NCBI GenBank assembly: GCA_022565595.1
Contig: JAIUML010000013.1
Span: 56,348 to 88,347 of the forward strand
Length of the DNA: 32,000 nt
Direction: 5' to 3'
From: Saccharospirillum sp.
GTDB lineage: Bacteria > Pseudomonadota > Gammaproteobacteria > Pseudomonadales > Natronospirillaceae
The notes under the pieces were generated by a model, which saw only the letters and a list, made by a program, of their open reading frames with translations, made no database searches and was not told the origin of the DNA. The position numbers and the translations under genes were made by a program. This document shows positions 8,695 through 16,840 of this stretch, piece by piece (the stretch's first letter is position 1; the number at the start of each line of letters is the position of its first letter).

Positions 8695-9732
8695 TCAACC
8701 GGCCTCCCCGAACACGCCTCCGCGAATGAGCGTGGCGATAACAAAGTGCTGGTTACCCTCATCGGGCTGCTCATCTTTCAGCACCCAGCGGTCCAGCAAG
8801 GTATAGAAATCTGCCTTGTCTTTGGGTTGGCGATAAGCTTTACCCTGGGTGGTAACAGAGCCATAAGGCTCCACTGCGATGGGGCCAAGGTCTTTCCCTT
8901 CGTCATCTGGGTACCAGGTGTCGATGGTGCGAATGGCATTGCCGATTTTTTGTGAATGAATACCCGCAACATCCTGGACCGAGTAGAGTGTCCGGCTCTT
9001 GGAGCCTTTATCGCGGCCTAGTATTAGCTCTTGAGAGGGGAACACTTCCTGGCCAGCACCCATGCGGGCAAAGGCGATGACTTCCAGTAAGGCATGACTA
9101 CTGCCAGACAACCCTTGTTCCACTTGTTGTGCGAGCTGCTCAATCTGCTGAGCATTGTTGCCTTCTGCAGAAAAGTTTCGCGTGGGGCAAGTAAGGGCAT
9201 CGAAAGTCCAGCGTTGTGCCTCGGTGCCCTGTGTGAGTTGTCGTACATGGACTTCAACCTGCTCTGCACCGAATCGGTTACGCCACAAAAAGCGGCCATT
9301 GGCCAGGTTGATAGCATAACGCCTGGCTACTTCACCGAACCCATGGCTGGCGATGTATCCATCCACCACCTCTTTCAACTTGGCTTGATAGTCTGCATCG
9401 TTGCAGGAAGAGGGCGTGCCTGCGCCTGCCAAAACCCTCAAGGTGAAGCGAACCATTAGGGTGTCGGCATCGCTAGGCAAAGTAGCAACATCGACGGTTT
9501 GCAGGTTGGGGTTTTCTATAGCAGCATCGAGTTTGGCAGCATCCTGATCTTTGGCTTTTAACCTGTTGGATATCGTCCCCCGAACGGATTTCTCCCTCAC
9601 ATTTATGGGTTGCCAATTATCCAGTTGGTCTCGTTGGTCCCAGTTCCCGGCATACAAGAGTGCATCCGAAACATCCAGTTTGCGTTCGAATGCCAGAACC
9701 GAGGCGGTTTTCAATACAGTTGGCTTAGTCAT
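8695..9732 (-). CDS. csy3: Csy3 (Cas7f) Cascade backbone subunit
   Basis: [25 protein letters not shown]...[11 protein letters not shown] closely parallels P. aeruginosa Csy3. ATG 9732 sits 1 nt after the csy2 stop (TGAcATG). The 34-codon N-terminal extension in the ORF track overlaps csy2 and I rejected it. Confidence 0.95.
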   Translation of the reverse strand: MTKPTVLKTASVLAFERKLDVSDALLYAGNWDQRDQLDNWQPINVREKSVRGTISNRLKAKDQDAAKLDAAIENPNLQTVDVATLPSDADTLMVRFTLRVLAGAGTPSSCNDADYQAKLKEVVDGYIASHGFGEVARRYAINLANGRFLWRNRFGAEQVEVHVRQLTQGTEAQRWTFDALTCPTRNFSAEGNNAQQIEQLAQQVEQGLSGSSHALLEVIAFARMGAGQEVFPSQELILGRDKGSKSRTLYSVQDVAGIHSQKIGNAIRTIDTWYPDDEGKDLGPIAVEPYGSVTTQGKAYRQPKDKADFYTLLDRWVLKDEQPDEGNQHFVIATLIRGGVFGEAG

Positions 9733-9733
9733 G

Positions 9734-10702
9734 TCAGATCTCCTGTACTTCGTGGTGGTTTTGCTGTTCATTAACGTTTTGCAAGCGGTACATACCTTGA
9801 TCGAGGTCATTCTCGACGTACCACAGCAGTTCACTTGGATGTTTTAACCGATGGGGGCTGATCCACTGGCCAATTGAATACAAGCTTTCTACGAAGCGAA
9901 AAGGCGTGGTGGCATCACGAGCATTGGCAACCACTCCAGGTTTGTACAACTCAGAAAGCTTCGAGTATCCGACCGGGATTGGCACCAGCCAACCCGGCTG
10001 CATACGAATCTGCCATTCCACCTCTCCTTTATCTTCCTCACACTCCATGTTCAGTCGGGATAGGTCGAGCCAGGCGTCCAGTTGAGTGACTTCGGGATCT
10101 TGAGCGGCCATGCTCTGGAAGTGGCTTTGCAGCAAGTCATCACGCAGAACCAGGGCAAAACCTGGCATCAAGCGACGTCGTAGTGACAGGAAATCCTTAT
10201 ATTGCTCTGCTGAGTCCTCGGGTATTTTCGATATATAAGGTGACGGAGCCCTGGTACCCGGCATAGGTGGTACAATGACACCTCCGGCAATCCTCATGGT
10301 CTGCAATATTTGGTTGAGACTTTCGGCGACTTGCTGCTTGTCTTCTTTACTGCCCGAGAGGTCTGCGCCTCGTATGCCAAAGGCCAGGCTGATATCAAGA
10401 TGAATGCGCCCCTCTTCGACAATGGCTGAGGTCTTGCCGGTCTTGTCTACCGGATTCCGAGTCAAATTGAAAGTACGGACAAAACCGCCTCTGGAAACCT
10501 GAGCCTCGTGGTGGTGGCATACGACGCCAATACCATCGAACAGCACATTGATGCCAGCGGCAATGGCCTTTCGTTCCAGTGCCTGCATGATGCCGACAAA
10601 GGCACTCATGGCCGGGAATCCCCAGGTCAGGTTGCTGGAAATGGTGTTGGCATTTTGAACACGCAGGCGTGGTATAACCAATAAATTGCTGAGGTCTGTC
10701 AT
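9734..10702 (-). CDS. csy2: Csy2 (Cas5f)
   Basis: The segments [37 protein letters not shown] and [10 protein letters not shown] parallel P. aeruginosa Csy2. It overlaps csy1 by 4 nt (ATGA). Confidence 0.93.
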   Translation of the reverse strand: MTDLSNLLVIPRLRVQNANTISSNLTWGFPAMSAFVGIMQALERKAIAAGINVLFDGIGVVCHHHEAQVSRGGFVRTFNLTRNPVDKTGKTSAIVEEGRIHLDISLAFGIRGADLSGSKEDKQQVAESLNQILQTMRIAGGVIVPPMPGTRAPSPYISKIPEDSAEQYKDFLSLRRRLMPGFALVLRDDLLQSHFQSMAAQDPEVTQLDAWLDLSRLNMECEEDKGEVEWQIRMQPGWLVPIPVGYSKLSELYKPGVVANARDATTPFRFVESLYSIGQWISPHRLKHPSELLWYVENDLDQGMYRLQNVNEQQNHHEVQEI

Positions 10703-11991
10703 ACCAGCACCTCCCTGAAAAAGTTTAAACGACTACTGATATGGCTTAGCCACTCCTTGTGTTCGGAATCACCTACGGGTAAATCGCGAAGTTGGTGGTT
10801 TACCCATTTTGCGAATCGGTCTTCGATTTGTGCGGGCCATTCCATGCGAACCCTTTGAGCCAGGAAGACTTCATCTGTTTCACCTCGCCAGGCATCCAGC
10901 CAGAGCTTTTCGGCATCTGCTAACCGGCAGTTTTCATCGGCAGACCAGCCCGGTTCGAGCAGATCAAATCGTGCAGCATAAACGACCAGTTCCTCGATCA
11001 GGGCATTAATGAATTCATCGACCTTGTCGCGAGTACCCATATTGGGCTGTGGGTTACTCTTCAGGAACTTGAGCAGGTTGCGGGTGAGCCATTGCACTTC
11101 TCGCTGACGACCAAAGCGAGGAAAAATGGAATCGGTATGCAAGGGTGGGTTGATCGGATTAGAGCGCCACTGGGGTGGTAGTGAAGCCAATAGATAATTG
11201 GTGCCACCTCGTTCACTATTGAGTTGGGAGATGTTCTGTGGCTTGGTTCCTCCCAGCTTTTGTACTGCCAGATTGGGGTAGTCGCTGTAGCCGTTTTCAG
11301 AATGCTTCTTGTCCTTCTTGGCTTGCCGAGCGGCTTTCGCTGCCTCTCCGAATCGGTCTTCCTGAATATGTTGGTAGAGTTGATGCACCAGTGATGTAGG
11401 ATAGAGAGGGGCCAAAAGGTGGTACTGGCTGTCGTCAGTTGGATCATCACCGGTCAGCCAGTATATTTGCTTGGCTCGGGTGCTGGAGGCTTCTGTGCCT
11501 TTGGGTTCTACAATGGCGGCGAATGCAGCCGTTTGTTGTTGAGCAATTTCCGCGTCATTGTTCATTGCTTCAACGAACTGAGGGTCATTTTCTAGTGCCA
11601 TGTCCAGCAGCGTACGGCCGTTGAGTTCCAGCTTGAGGAATTTATAGACGTCCAATGCAGCTGCGTTGCCAACGACATCAGCCGAATAGTTGCTCTTGAG
11701 CAGGTGGCTACTGACCTGGTTGGCTTTTGGTAGGGAGTCTGGCGTTACAAAAAGGTTGGTGCCTTTTGCATCCGGATGAATGGCTTTTAGAGAGTGAGTA
11801 ACAACCTGAAGCTGGGTAACCCGGCGTGCGGCATCCGCTATCCAGGTTTCGTACTCAAGCTGTTGTTGGGTTTCTTGGTATTTCGGGTCGTCGGGTTTGA
11901 GCTTTTCGAGTTTGGTAGCGAGACGTTCGTTCAGAAAGGTTTGTATCAACCCGCGTACGTCCGTGCCCCTCTCAGTGTTTGAGTTGGCCAT
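10699..11991 (-). CDS. csy1: Csy1 (Cas8f) large subunit
   Basis: Its position and size (430 aa) match the first gene of the csy1-4 block. It has an AAGGAAG Shine-Dalgarno 5 nt upstream of the ATG. It is coupled to csy2. Confidence 0.88.
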   Translation of the reverse strand: MANSNTERGTDVRGLIQTFLNERLATKLEKLKPDDPKYQETQQQLEYETWIADAARRVTQLQVVTHSLKAIHPDAKGTNLFVTPDSLPKANQVSSHLLKSNYSADVVGNAAALDVYKFLKLELNGRTLLDMALENDPQFVEAMNNDAEIAQQQTAAFAAIVEPKGTEASSTRAKQIYWLTGDDPTDDSQYHLLAPLYPTSLVHQLYQHIQEDRFGEAAKAARQAKKDKKHSENGYSDYPNLAVQKLGGTKPQNISQLNSERGGTNYLLASLPPQWRSNPINPPLHTDSIFPRFGRQREVQWLTRNLLKFLKSNPQPNMGTRDKVDEFINALIEELVVYAARFDLLEPGWSADENCRLADAEKLWLDAWRGETDEVFLAQRVRMEWPAQIEDRFAKWVNHQLRDLPVGDSEHKEWLSHISSRLNFFREVLV

Positions 11992-12246
11992 AAGTCTTCC
12001 TTAGCCCGGCATGGGCTTTTAAAAGAGGGTATGGCACAATGGTGACCGTTCAAGAAAGGCCACCATTGTGCTTTTTGGTATTGGGCGAGATTCTCGCCAC
12101 TAATGTCTTCTAATGACGCAATAGCCAATCACGCTCTGTTACCTCCTTTCTTGTGCGGGGCTGACAAGATCAGCTGGCTGTATTGCCGTACAGCCGGTTC
12201 TAGTCTCTTGCTTACAGCTCAACCCTGATGGGTTGGGCTGTACTCT

Positions 12247-12274
12247 ATAATATGGTAAAAGCTTGACTTGTCAA
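12247..12274 (-). promoter_or_regulatory. Near-consensus sigma70 promoter reading toward csy1
   Basis: On the minus strand, TTGACA (12274-12269), a 16-nt spacer, then TATTAT (12252-12247). The -35 box is one arm of the perfect palindrome GCTTGAC-TT-GTCAAGC (12261-12276). Confidence 0.5.
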
Positions 12275-12275
12275 G

Positions 12276-12301
12276 CCTTAGTGTTCTCAAGTTTTATTAA
12301 A
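12276..12301 (+). promoter_or_regulatory. Predicted Csy-complex binding site: CC PAM plus a partial protospacer matching the psi-spacer at 12392-12415
   Basis: CC lies at 12276-12277. It is followed by TTAGTGTTCTCaAGTTTt, against psi-spacer TTAGTGTTCTCtAGTTTc. Positions 1-11 and 13-17 match, positions 12 and 18 do not, and the match decays after 19. Confidence 0.5.
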
Positions 12302-12363
12302 TAACTATTTGCTGGATATGAAGGAAGTAGATATTGTTGAATAAGTAGTTAAAATACGTTCGC

Positions 12364-12443
12364 AATTACTACTGCCTAAGTAGCTTAGAAATTAGTGTTC
12401 TCTAGTTTCAAACTAAAAGACTGCCGAATAGGCAGAAATTTTG
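12364..12443 (+). ncRNA. Degenerate mini-CRISPR (psiR1, 24-nt psi-spacer, psiR2) encoding a crRNA-like RNA of the CreA/CreR class
   Basis: psiR1 (12364-12391) matches the array repeat at 19 of 28 positions without gaps. It keeps a 5-bp/5-nt hairpin through two compensatory pair changes and keeps the handle CTTAGAAA. psiR2 (12416-12443) matches at 15 of 28 and keeps ACTGCCGaATAGGCAG. It is oriented opposite to the cas genes and is followed by a strong terminator. Confidence 0.6.
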
Positions 12444-12470
12444 AGCCAGTTTTCTGGCTCAATTTTTTTT
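12441..12470 (+). terminator. Intrinsic terminator for the plus-strand mini-CRISPR transcript; its hairpin also lies just past the convergent cas2-3 stop
   Basis: TTGAGCCAG-TTTT-CTGGCTCAA is followed by TTTTTTTT on the plus strand. On the minus strand the same hairpin starts at the cas2-3 stop codon but has only a weak AATTTCT tail. Confidence 0.65.
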
Positions 12471-15400
12471 CGTGAAACCCAAGTTTGGATGAAAACGCCA
12501 GCCACTTTCATTACTGGTTAAACTTATGGTTCCAAACTTTAATGCACAAAATTTTAATTCCAGCTCCATTTCTTCGGATAATTTTTCCAGTGTCTCCAAA
12601 TAATTTGGATCACCCCATGGCGAAATGCCTTTTTCCGGTGCCATTTCTAGGCGTTCCAAAAGATTGTTCACTGGGGCGTAGAGGTCTTTTTTTTGCTTCC
12701 GATCAAAGCTAATCTCGAACAAGTCAAAATCATCCTCATCTTCATTTGGTAGTAGCACCAGATCCGTACTCTCTATTGGGTCTTCCCGAAAAGGTCTCCA
12801 TTTCTGCAGTAAAGCGGTCAAATTGACCTGCGGTTGGCTATGCCAGCTATAAGCCCCCAATTTGGGCGCTGCGAATTCTTGACCAAGAGCTCGTTGCTCC
12901 CTTGGACTTAACGGCTTGAATTCAGGCTCTATCATCAGTCTATCCAACCGAGCATGCTCCAGGTCCACCAGGCTGGACTTGGGGTGCAGTGGCACTCGAG
13001 GCACTATGCGTGGACGTGAATCAATCGTCTCACGTTCTTCGGGTTCAAGGAGTTGATCCATCTCATGAGTTGTGAGTTTCCATTCTCCGTTGTCTTCAAA
13101 GCCTGGCCTGCAAAAGGCGGCTTCGCCTTTGAGCTCCAATGCCCTCAGGTTGGTCTTTAACAGAAATATATTGGCCAGCTCACAAGGTTCGAATCGATGT
13201 CGACGAACCCGACCGGCAAGCTGGATCAGAGATCTCATGGATGACGGTTCGACAATGGCCCAGTCGTAGTCGTGGTCCCTGCCTACCTCTGTAACGGGTG
13301 AGCCAAGTACTATAAGCAGATGGTCTGATTCCGGGTGGGCGTCGATGCGAGTGCGGATATCCTCGAGTTTGAACACGGAATCGGGGTCGCTCCGATTAAG
13401 GGCCTGGTCGAGCCTGCGCTCTATGGCAGAGCGCAACAGCAGGGGGTACTGGGAGTGGTATACGCAAAGGTGAATGTGAACCCCCTCGGGGGCGCCTAAC
13501 CGATAGAGGTTTTGGGCTACTTCGACTAGAGGTTCTATGTTGGCCATGCGGATCAGGCCAAAACTAACTCGCTTGTTGCTGTGGGGGTCTGTGCAGTGGT
13601 GGCGTTGGTGCAGTGTTAGAGCGCCTTTTAGCAGGTCTTCAGCCAGGGAAGCACGTAGGGTTTCCTTGGTACCTTGGCACACGCTGATAGGGTAGATCTC
13701 TGTGCGTCTTCTTGCAGTTTCTTCGGCCAGCTTTTGGCAGCGTTTTTGGGCGAAAGCATTGTGTATTTGTAGAAAGGTTTCAGAATCTGGGCAGCTCTGA
13801 TGCTGTTGGCCGTGTTCATCGAACCAGGCACAACAGGTGGAGAACACCTGGTTCGGTTCTCCTCTGTTGCGTTGGTATTCTTCACGCCCGGCCCGATAAG
13901 CATTAAATAGGCCCTGTACGAGAGCTGGCGGTAATGTCGCGGAGGAAAGCAATACTTTGGTTCCTAGGAGGCCTGCCCAATGGACGAGTCGGGTGAGGGC
14001 TGGCAAGTCACTCAGGTCGAAGTCGTCTATTTCATCGAGTACCAGGTCGCTGCTGAGCAAGCGCAACATGGGGGCAATCTGGCGGCCGCCTCGATCGCCT
14101 TCTGTTGCAGGGATTAAATGGTCGACGGTGCATACCAGAATGGGCGCAGAGAGTAGCGGTTTGATCTTGTCGTTGTGTGAGGTGGCCTTTAAAAGCGGGT
14201 GCTGGCTGAAGTTGCCTTCGTAGTGAACGTGGCTATCTTCTTCCATCAAGGCCTGGTTGGAAGCGGAACCGGTTTTTTCGGCTTCTGCCTCGTAGTGTTC
14301 GAAGAGCTTGCGGCTGGCGCTACCGCCGACGCGAACTGCAAGGTCATCGTCGTTCAGGTTCAGTCTGTCTCGGTAGGCCTGGCCGGTTTGCAGCGTCAGG
14401 GTGCGTAAGCCCAGTGCAATGGAAAAGCGGGCGCCTTTGGCCGGGTTGGAGAGAGCGTAAAGAATGCGGCCGTTGGCCAGTGTTTTACCACAGCCTGTTG
14501 AGGCCATGTTAATACCAAAGAACCCTTGGCTCTCGGCCAGGTCGCGTATGCCCTCGGCTAGGTCGAATGCTTTATCCTGCCAGCGAAAGCGTGGGTCTTT
14601 GCTGCGCTGTCTGAAACCTTTGTGTCGGGCCAGCCGCGGCAGGTTGTTGGTCAGGGTGGTGAGGTGGTAGCTCACTTCTCGGCTGACTTTGGCAACACCG
14701 AGCAGGTGTTCATCCAGTTTCTGGCAGAGCTCTCCGGTTTTACGAATGGTATTGGCGTAGAGCGGGTATTCCTTGTCGCCCGTTACGCGGTCTGCACTGG
14801 CTGTCAGGCTTGAGTAGTGGTGGTCGGCCAGCATCAGTGAGAGCCGAGCCAGGTGCATGACATAGGTGTTGGCGAGCCAGCCTCTGGGTTCGTTGTCTTG
14901 CCGTTCCAGCAAGCGTGTTGCGTATTTGGCCGCTTGAGTACGCCACTTGGTTGTGATGACGGGTAAGGGTTTGCTGAATGTCCAATAGGGTTTCATGGCT
15001 TTGGGTTCTGCACCTTCGTAGAGCTGATTCCAGTCTGCCTGGATGTTACCAGGTAAACCGATAAGGCTCTCACCGCTGATCTCTTTGCGCTCGGGCATGG
15101 CCGGTAGGCGATGATGCGTCAGTATCAGCCAGCCAACGGCGGCGGCCAGAGGTGGCAGGTGGCGAAAAGGGTTGCCGTCAGCCGCATCGATTCCGTCTTT
15201 TTGCAGTCGGTCTTTCCAGGTTTTGTCATCGGCCTTTGAGGGGTTTGCCAGTCGTTTGAGCCAAACGTCATCTGAATCGTTGCCGACAAAGGCCTGAAAT
15301 AGCCTCAGAGATATCCATTCGTGCCGGTAAATATTTGGGCCTGGGTCGTTTGTGCCCAGCAAGCGTTTCTGGAAAGCACTGCAGGCTTTGCCCAGGTCGT

Positions 15401-15767
15401 GCATCAAGGCCGAGAGTGCAGCGAATAGTTTGATGTCTTCGGCAGTGTGCCAGTCGTTTTCGTCTTCGCGGCGTACAATATTACGTTTTGTGGTGTTGGT
15501 GGGTACGGAACCTTCGGTATTGAACCGGCTGGAATCGCCAACAATCCAGAGTAGCTCGCTGTGATCTTTGCCCCGAATCCAGTGACAGGAAACCGCTGTG
15601 TTTTTTCGAGCCGTTCTGCGCAGCAGTTTGCGTAAGGTATTGAGCCCTTCGTAAGTAATGGGGGTTTGCCAGGTGCGGTCACCTCGGCGTTCAGCAAATT
15701 GATCCAAAATGCGTCGGGTCTCAGTCAGGGCGTTCTTGTTGCATTGGGAGATCAACAAAATATTCAT
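12459..15767 (-). CDS. cas3: Cas2-3 fusion (Cas2 domain, HD nuclease, SF2 helicase), type I-F
   Basis: The protein is 1102 aa. It has an N-terminal Cas2-like segment, an HD motif (LMHDLGKACSAFQ), Walker A (ASTGCGKT) and a DExD-like box (LVLDEIDDF). It overlaps cas1 by 4 nt. Confidence 0.95.
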   Translation of the reverse strand: MNILLISQCNKNALTETRRILDQFAERRGDRTWQTPITYEGLNTLRKLLRRTARKNTAVSCHWIRGKDHSELLWIVGDSSRFNTEGSVPTNTTKRNIVRREDENDWHTAEDIKLFAALSALMHDLGKACSAFQKRLLGTNDPGPNIYRHEWISLRLFQAFVGNDSDDVWLKRLANPSKADDKTWKDRLQKDGIDAADGNPFRHLPPLAAAVGWLILTHHRLPAMPERKEISGESLIGLPGNIQADWNQLYEGAEPKAMKPYWTFSKPLPVITTKWRTQAAKYATRLLERQDNEPRGWLANTYVMHLARLSLMLADHHYSSLTASADRVTGDKEYPLYANTIRKTGELCQKLDEHLLGVAKVSREVSYHLTTLTNNLPRLARHKGFRQRSKDPRFRWQDKAFDLAEGIRDLAESQGFFGINMASTGCGKTLANGRILYALSNPAKGARFSIALGLRTLTLQTGQAYRDRLNLNDDDLAVRVGGSASRKLFEHYEAEAEKTGSASNQALMEEDSHVHYEGNFSQHPLLKATSHNDKIKPLLSAPILVCTVDHLIPATEGDRGGRQIAPMLRLLSSDLVLDEIDDFDLSDLPALTRLVHWAGLLGTKVLLSSATLPPALVQGLFNAYRAGREEYQRNRGEPNQVFSTCCAWFDEHGQQHQSCPDSETFLQIHNAFAQKRCQKLAEETARRRTEIYPISVCQGTKETLRASLAEDLLKGALTLHQRHHCTDPHSNKRVSFGLIRMANIEPLVEVAQNLYRLGAPEGVHIHLCVYHSQYPLLLRSAIERRLDQALNRSDPDSVFKLEDIRTRIDAHPESDHLLIVLGSPVTEVGRDHDYDWAIVEPSSMRSLIQLAGRVRRHRFEPCELANIFLLKTNLRALELKGEAAFCRPGFEDNGEWKLTTHEMDQLLEPEERETIDSRPRIVPRVPLHPKSSLVDLEHARLDRLMIEPEFKPLSPREQRALGQEFAAPKLGAYSWHSQPQVNLTALLQKWRPFREDPIESTDLVLLPNEDEDDFDLFEISFDRKQKKDLYAPVNNLLERLEMAPEKGISPWGDPNYLETLEKLSEEMELELKFCALKFGTISLTSNESGWRFHPNLGFTKKN

Positions 15768-16741
15768 GCGACACTCTCTTCCATCTGAACAGCGATGGTT
15801 TTCAAACTGTCTATCATGAAATCCAATGATTCAGAACGGGTCAGCACTTCGATGCAGTTCTGACGAAACTCCTGTTCGCTTTCGCCACGAATGGCCGAGA
15901 TAAAAGCCTGGGGGAGAATGGCAGCGTCTTTCACTAGGTCGGCGACATCAAACACCAATCCACCACGTCGGGTTTTACCGTGCAGTACAGCGAGCCCGTG
16001 TGGTAGCCCAAGCACCCAGGTGGCCGTGGCGGCCAGGCCATAGGCTAGGTAGTTGCCGTGATCCAGGAATCGGTTGGCAGGGTCGGTACCCGTGCCCCGT
16101 TTGGCTCGAGTAAAGTCGCCATAGCCACTGGCCAGGATGGCGAGCTTAAAGAGTACTTTGGTTAAACGGGCTTCTTCCGTTAACAGAAAGGTGACATCGG
16201 GCGCGTCCATAACTTTGGTACGACTGCGCTCGATGGCATGACCTAATTGTGCCTTGTCGACTTCAAATCCCGCGTCTTGTAAGCGGCGGTTGTCCGTCCA
16301 GGTGGCCATGATTCTATCCAGCCTTGCCATCTGTATGGCTTTGGCGGCCTGCAAGCGTTTTTCGTCATCAAACCAGAAGCCTACCCATTTTTGCAGGTAT
16401 TCGGTGGGGCGGTACTCACTTTGAGGTGTAAGCCAGGCTGCGTCGATGTCTACTTCGCTAGCGCTAAAAAGAGGGGTGCCACCACCGCCGCAAAATCCGA
16501 CGAGTACACCGGCCTTGGCCAGTTCGCGCATGGCGGCCTGGGTAATGGAGGTGCCTGTGCCCAGCAACAAGGTAGTGGTGTTGGCGATGGGGATGTTCCA
16601 ATAGAGAGACTGCTTGCCTTCATCCGTGACGTATTCTACCCGGCCACCCTTAACCAGCACTCGGCAGTGCTGCAAGTAATAAATATTGGCACGCTTGGAA
16701 TGCAGAATGGTTTTCAGATCCGTAGGGGAAAAATCGTCCAT
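15764..16741 (-). CDS. cas1: Cas1 integrase, type I-F
   Basis: MDDFSPTDLKTILHSKRANIYYLQHCRVLVKGGRVEYVTDEG...GTGTSITQAAMRELAKAGVLVGFCGGGGTPLFS is near-collinear with P. aeruginosa I-F Cas1 as I remember it. An AAGGAGAG Shine-Dalgarno lies upstream. Confidence 0.97.
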   Translation of the reverse strand: MDDFSPTDLKTILHSKRANIYYLQHCRVLVKGGRVEYVTDEGKQSLYWNIPIANTTTLLLGTGTSITQAAMRELAKAGVLVGFCGGGGTPLFSASEVDIDAAWLTPQSEYRPTEYLQKWVGFWFDDEKRLQAAKAIQMARLDRIMATWTDNRRLQDAGFEVDKAQLGHAIERSRTKVMDAPDVTFLLTEEARLTKVLFKLAILASGYGDFTRAKRGTGTDPANRFLDHGNYLAYGLAATATWVLGLPHGLAVLHGKTRRGGLVFDVADLVKDAAILPQAFISAIRGESEQEFRQNCIEVLTRSESLDFMIDSLKTIAVQMEESVA

Positions 16742-16840
16742 CTTGTCTCTCCTTGGTTATTGGTGGTTCTACTGTGACCAGGCTGAAGAGCGGTTTCCAT
16801 ACTGGCCAAAACCACAGGTAAAGTTACCCGACACACCCAC

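Noticed and set aside
9733-9834. The ORF track gives csy3 a 34-codon N-terminal extension.
   Set aside because: The extension overlaps the csy2 3' end. The conserved Csy3 N-terminus ([20 protein letters not shown]) begins at ATG 9732, right after the csy2 stop.
12034-12076. An 11-bp hairpin followed by TTTTT on the plus strand looks like an intrinsic terminator.
   Set aside because: No plus-strand gene or promoter lies upstream; that strand is only antisense to csy1. I treat it as a leader hairpin of the minus-strand transcript, though it could also stop antisense transcription.
11946-12128. A 60-aa minus-strand ORF with a TTG start sits in the csy1 leader and overlaps the csy1 start.
   Set aside because: It has a non-ATG start 12 nt from the SD and a low-complexity, unrecognisable sequence. 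It overlaps csy1 out of frame by 46 nt. The better-spaced GTG mini-ORF is the more likely partner of that SD. It is not excluded; ribosome profiling would settle it.
12263-12292. A plus-strand promoter using the other palindrome arm, TTGACT at 12263-12268. This would place the protospacer between -35 and -10.
   Set aside because: There is no acceptable -10 hexamer 16-19 nt downstream (CTCAAG/TCAAGT). A weaker candidate for the mini-CRISPR promoter is TTGCTG (12309-12314), 17 nt, TATTGT (12332-12337), which is unverified.
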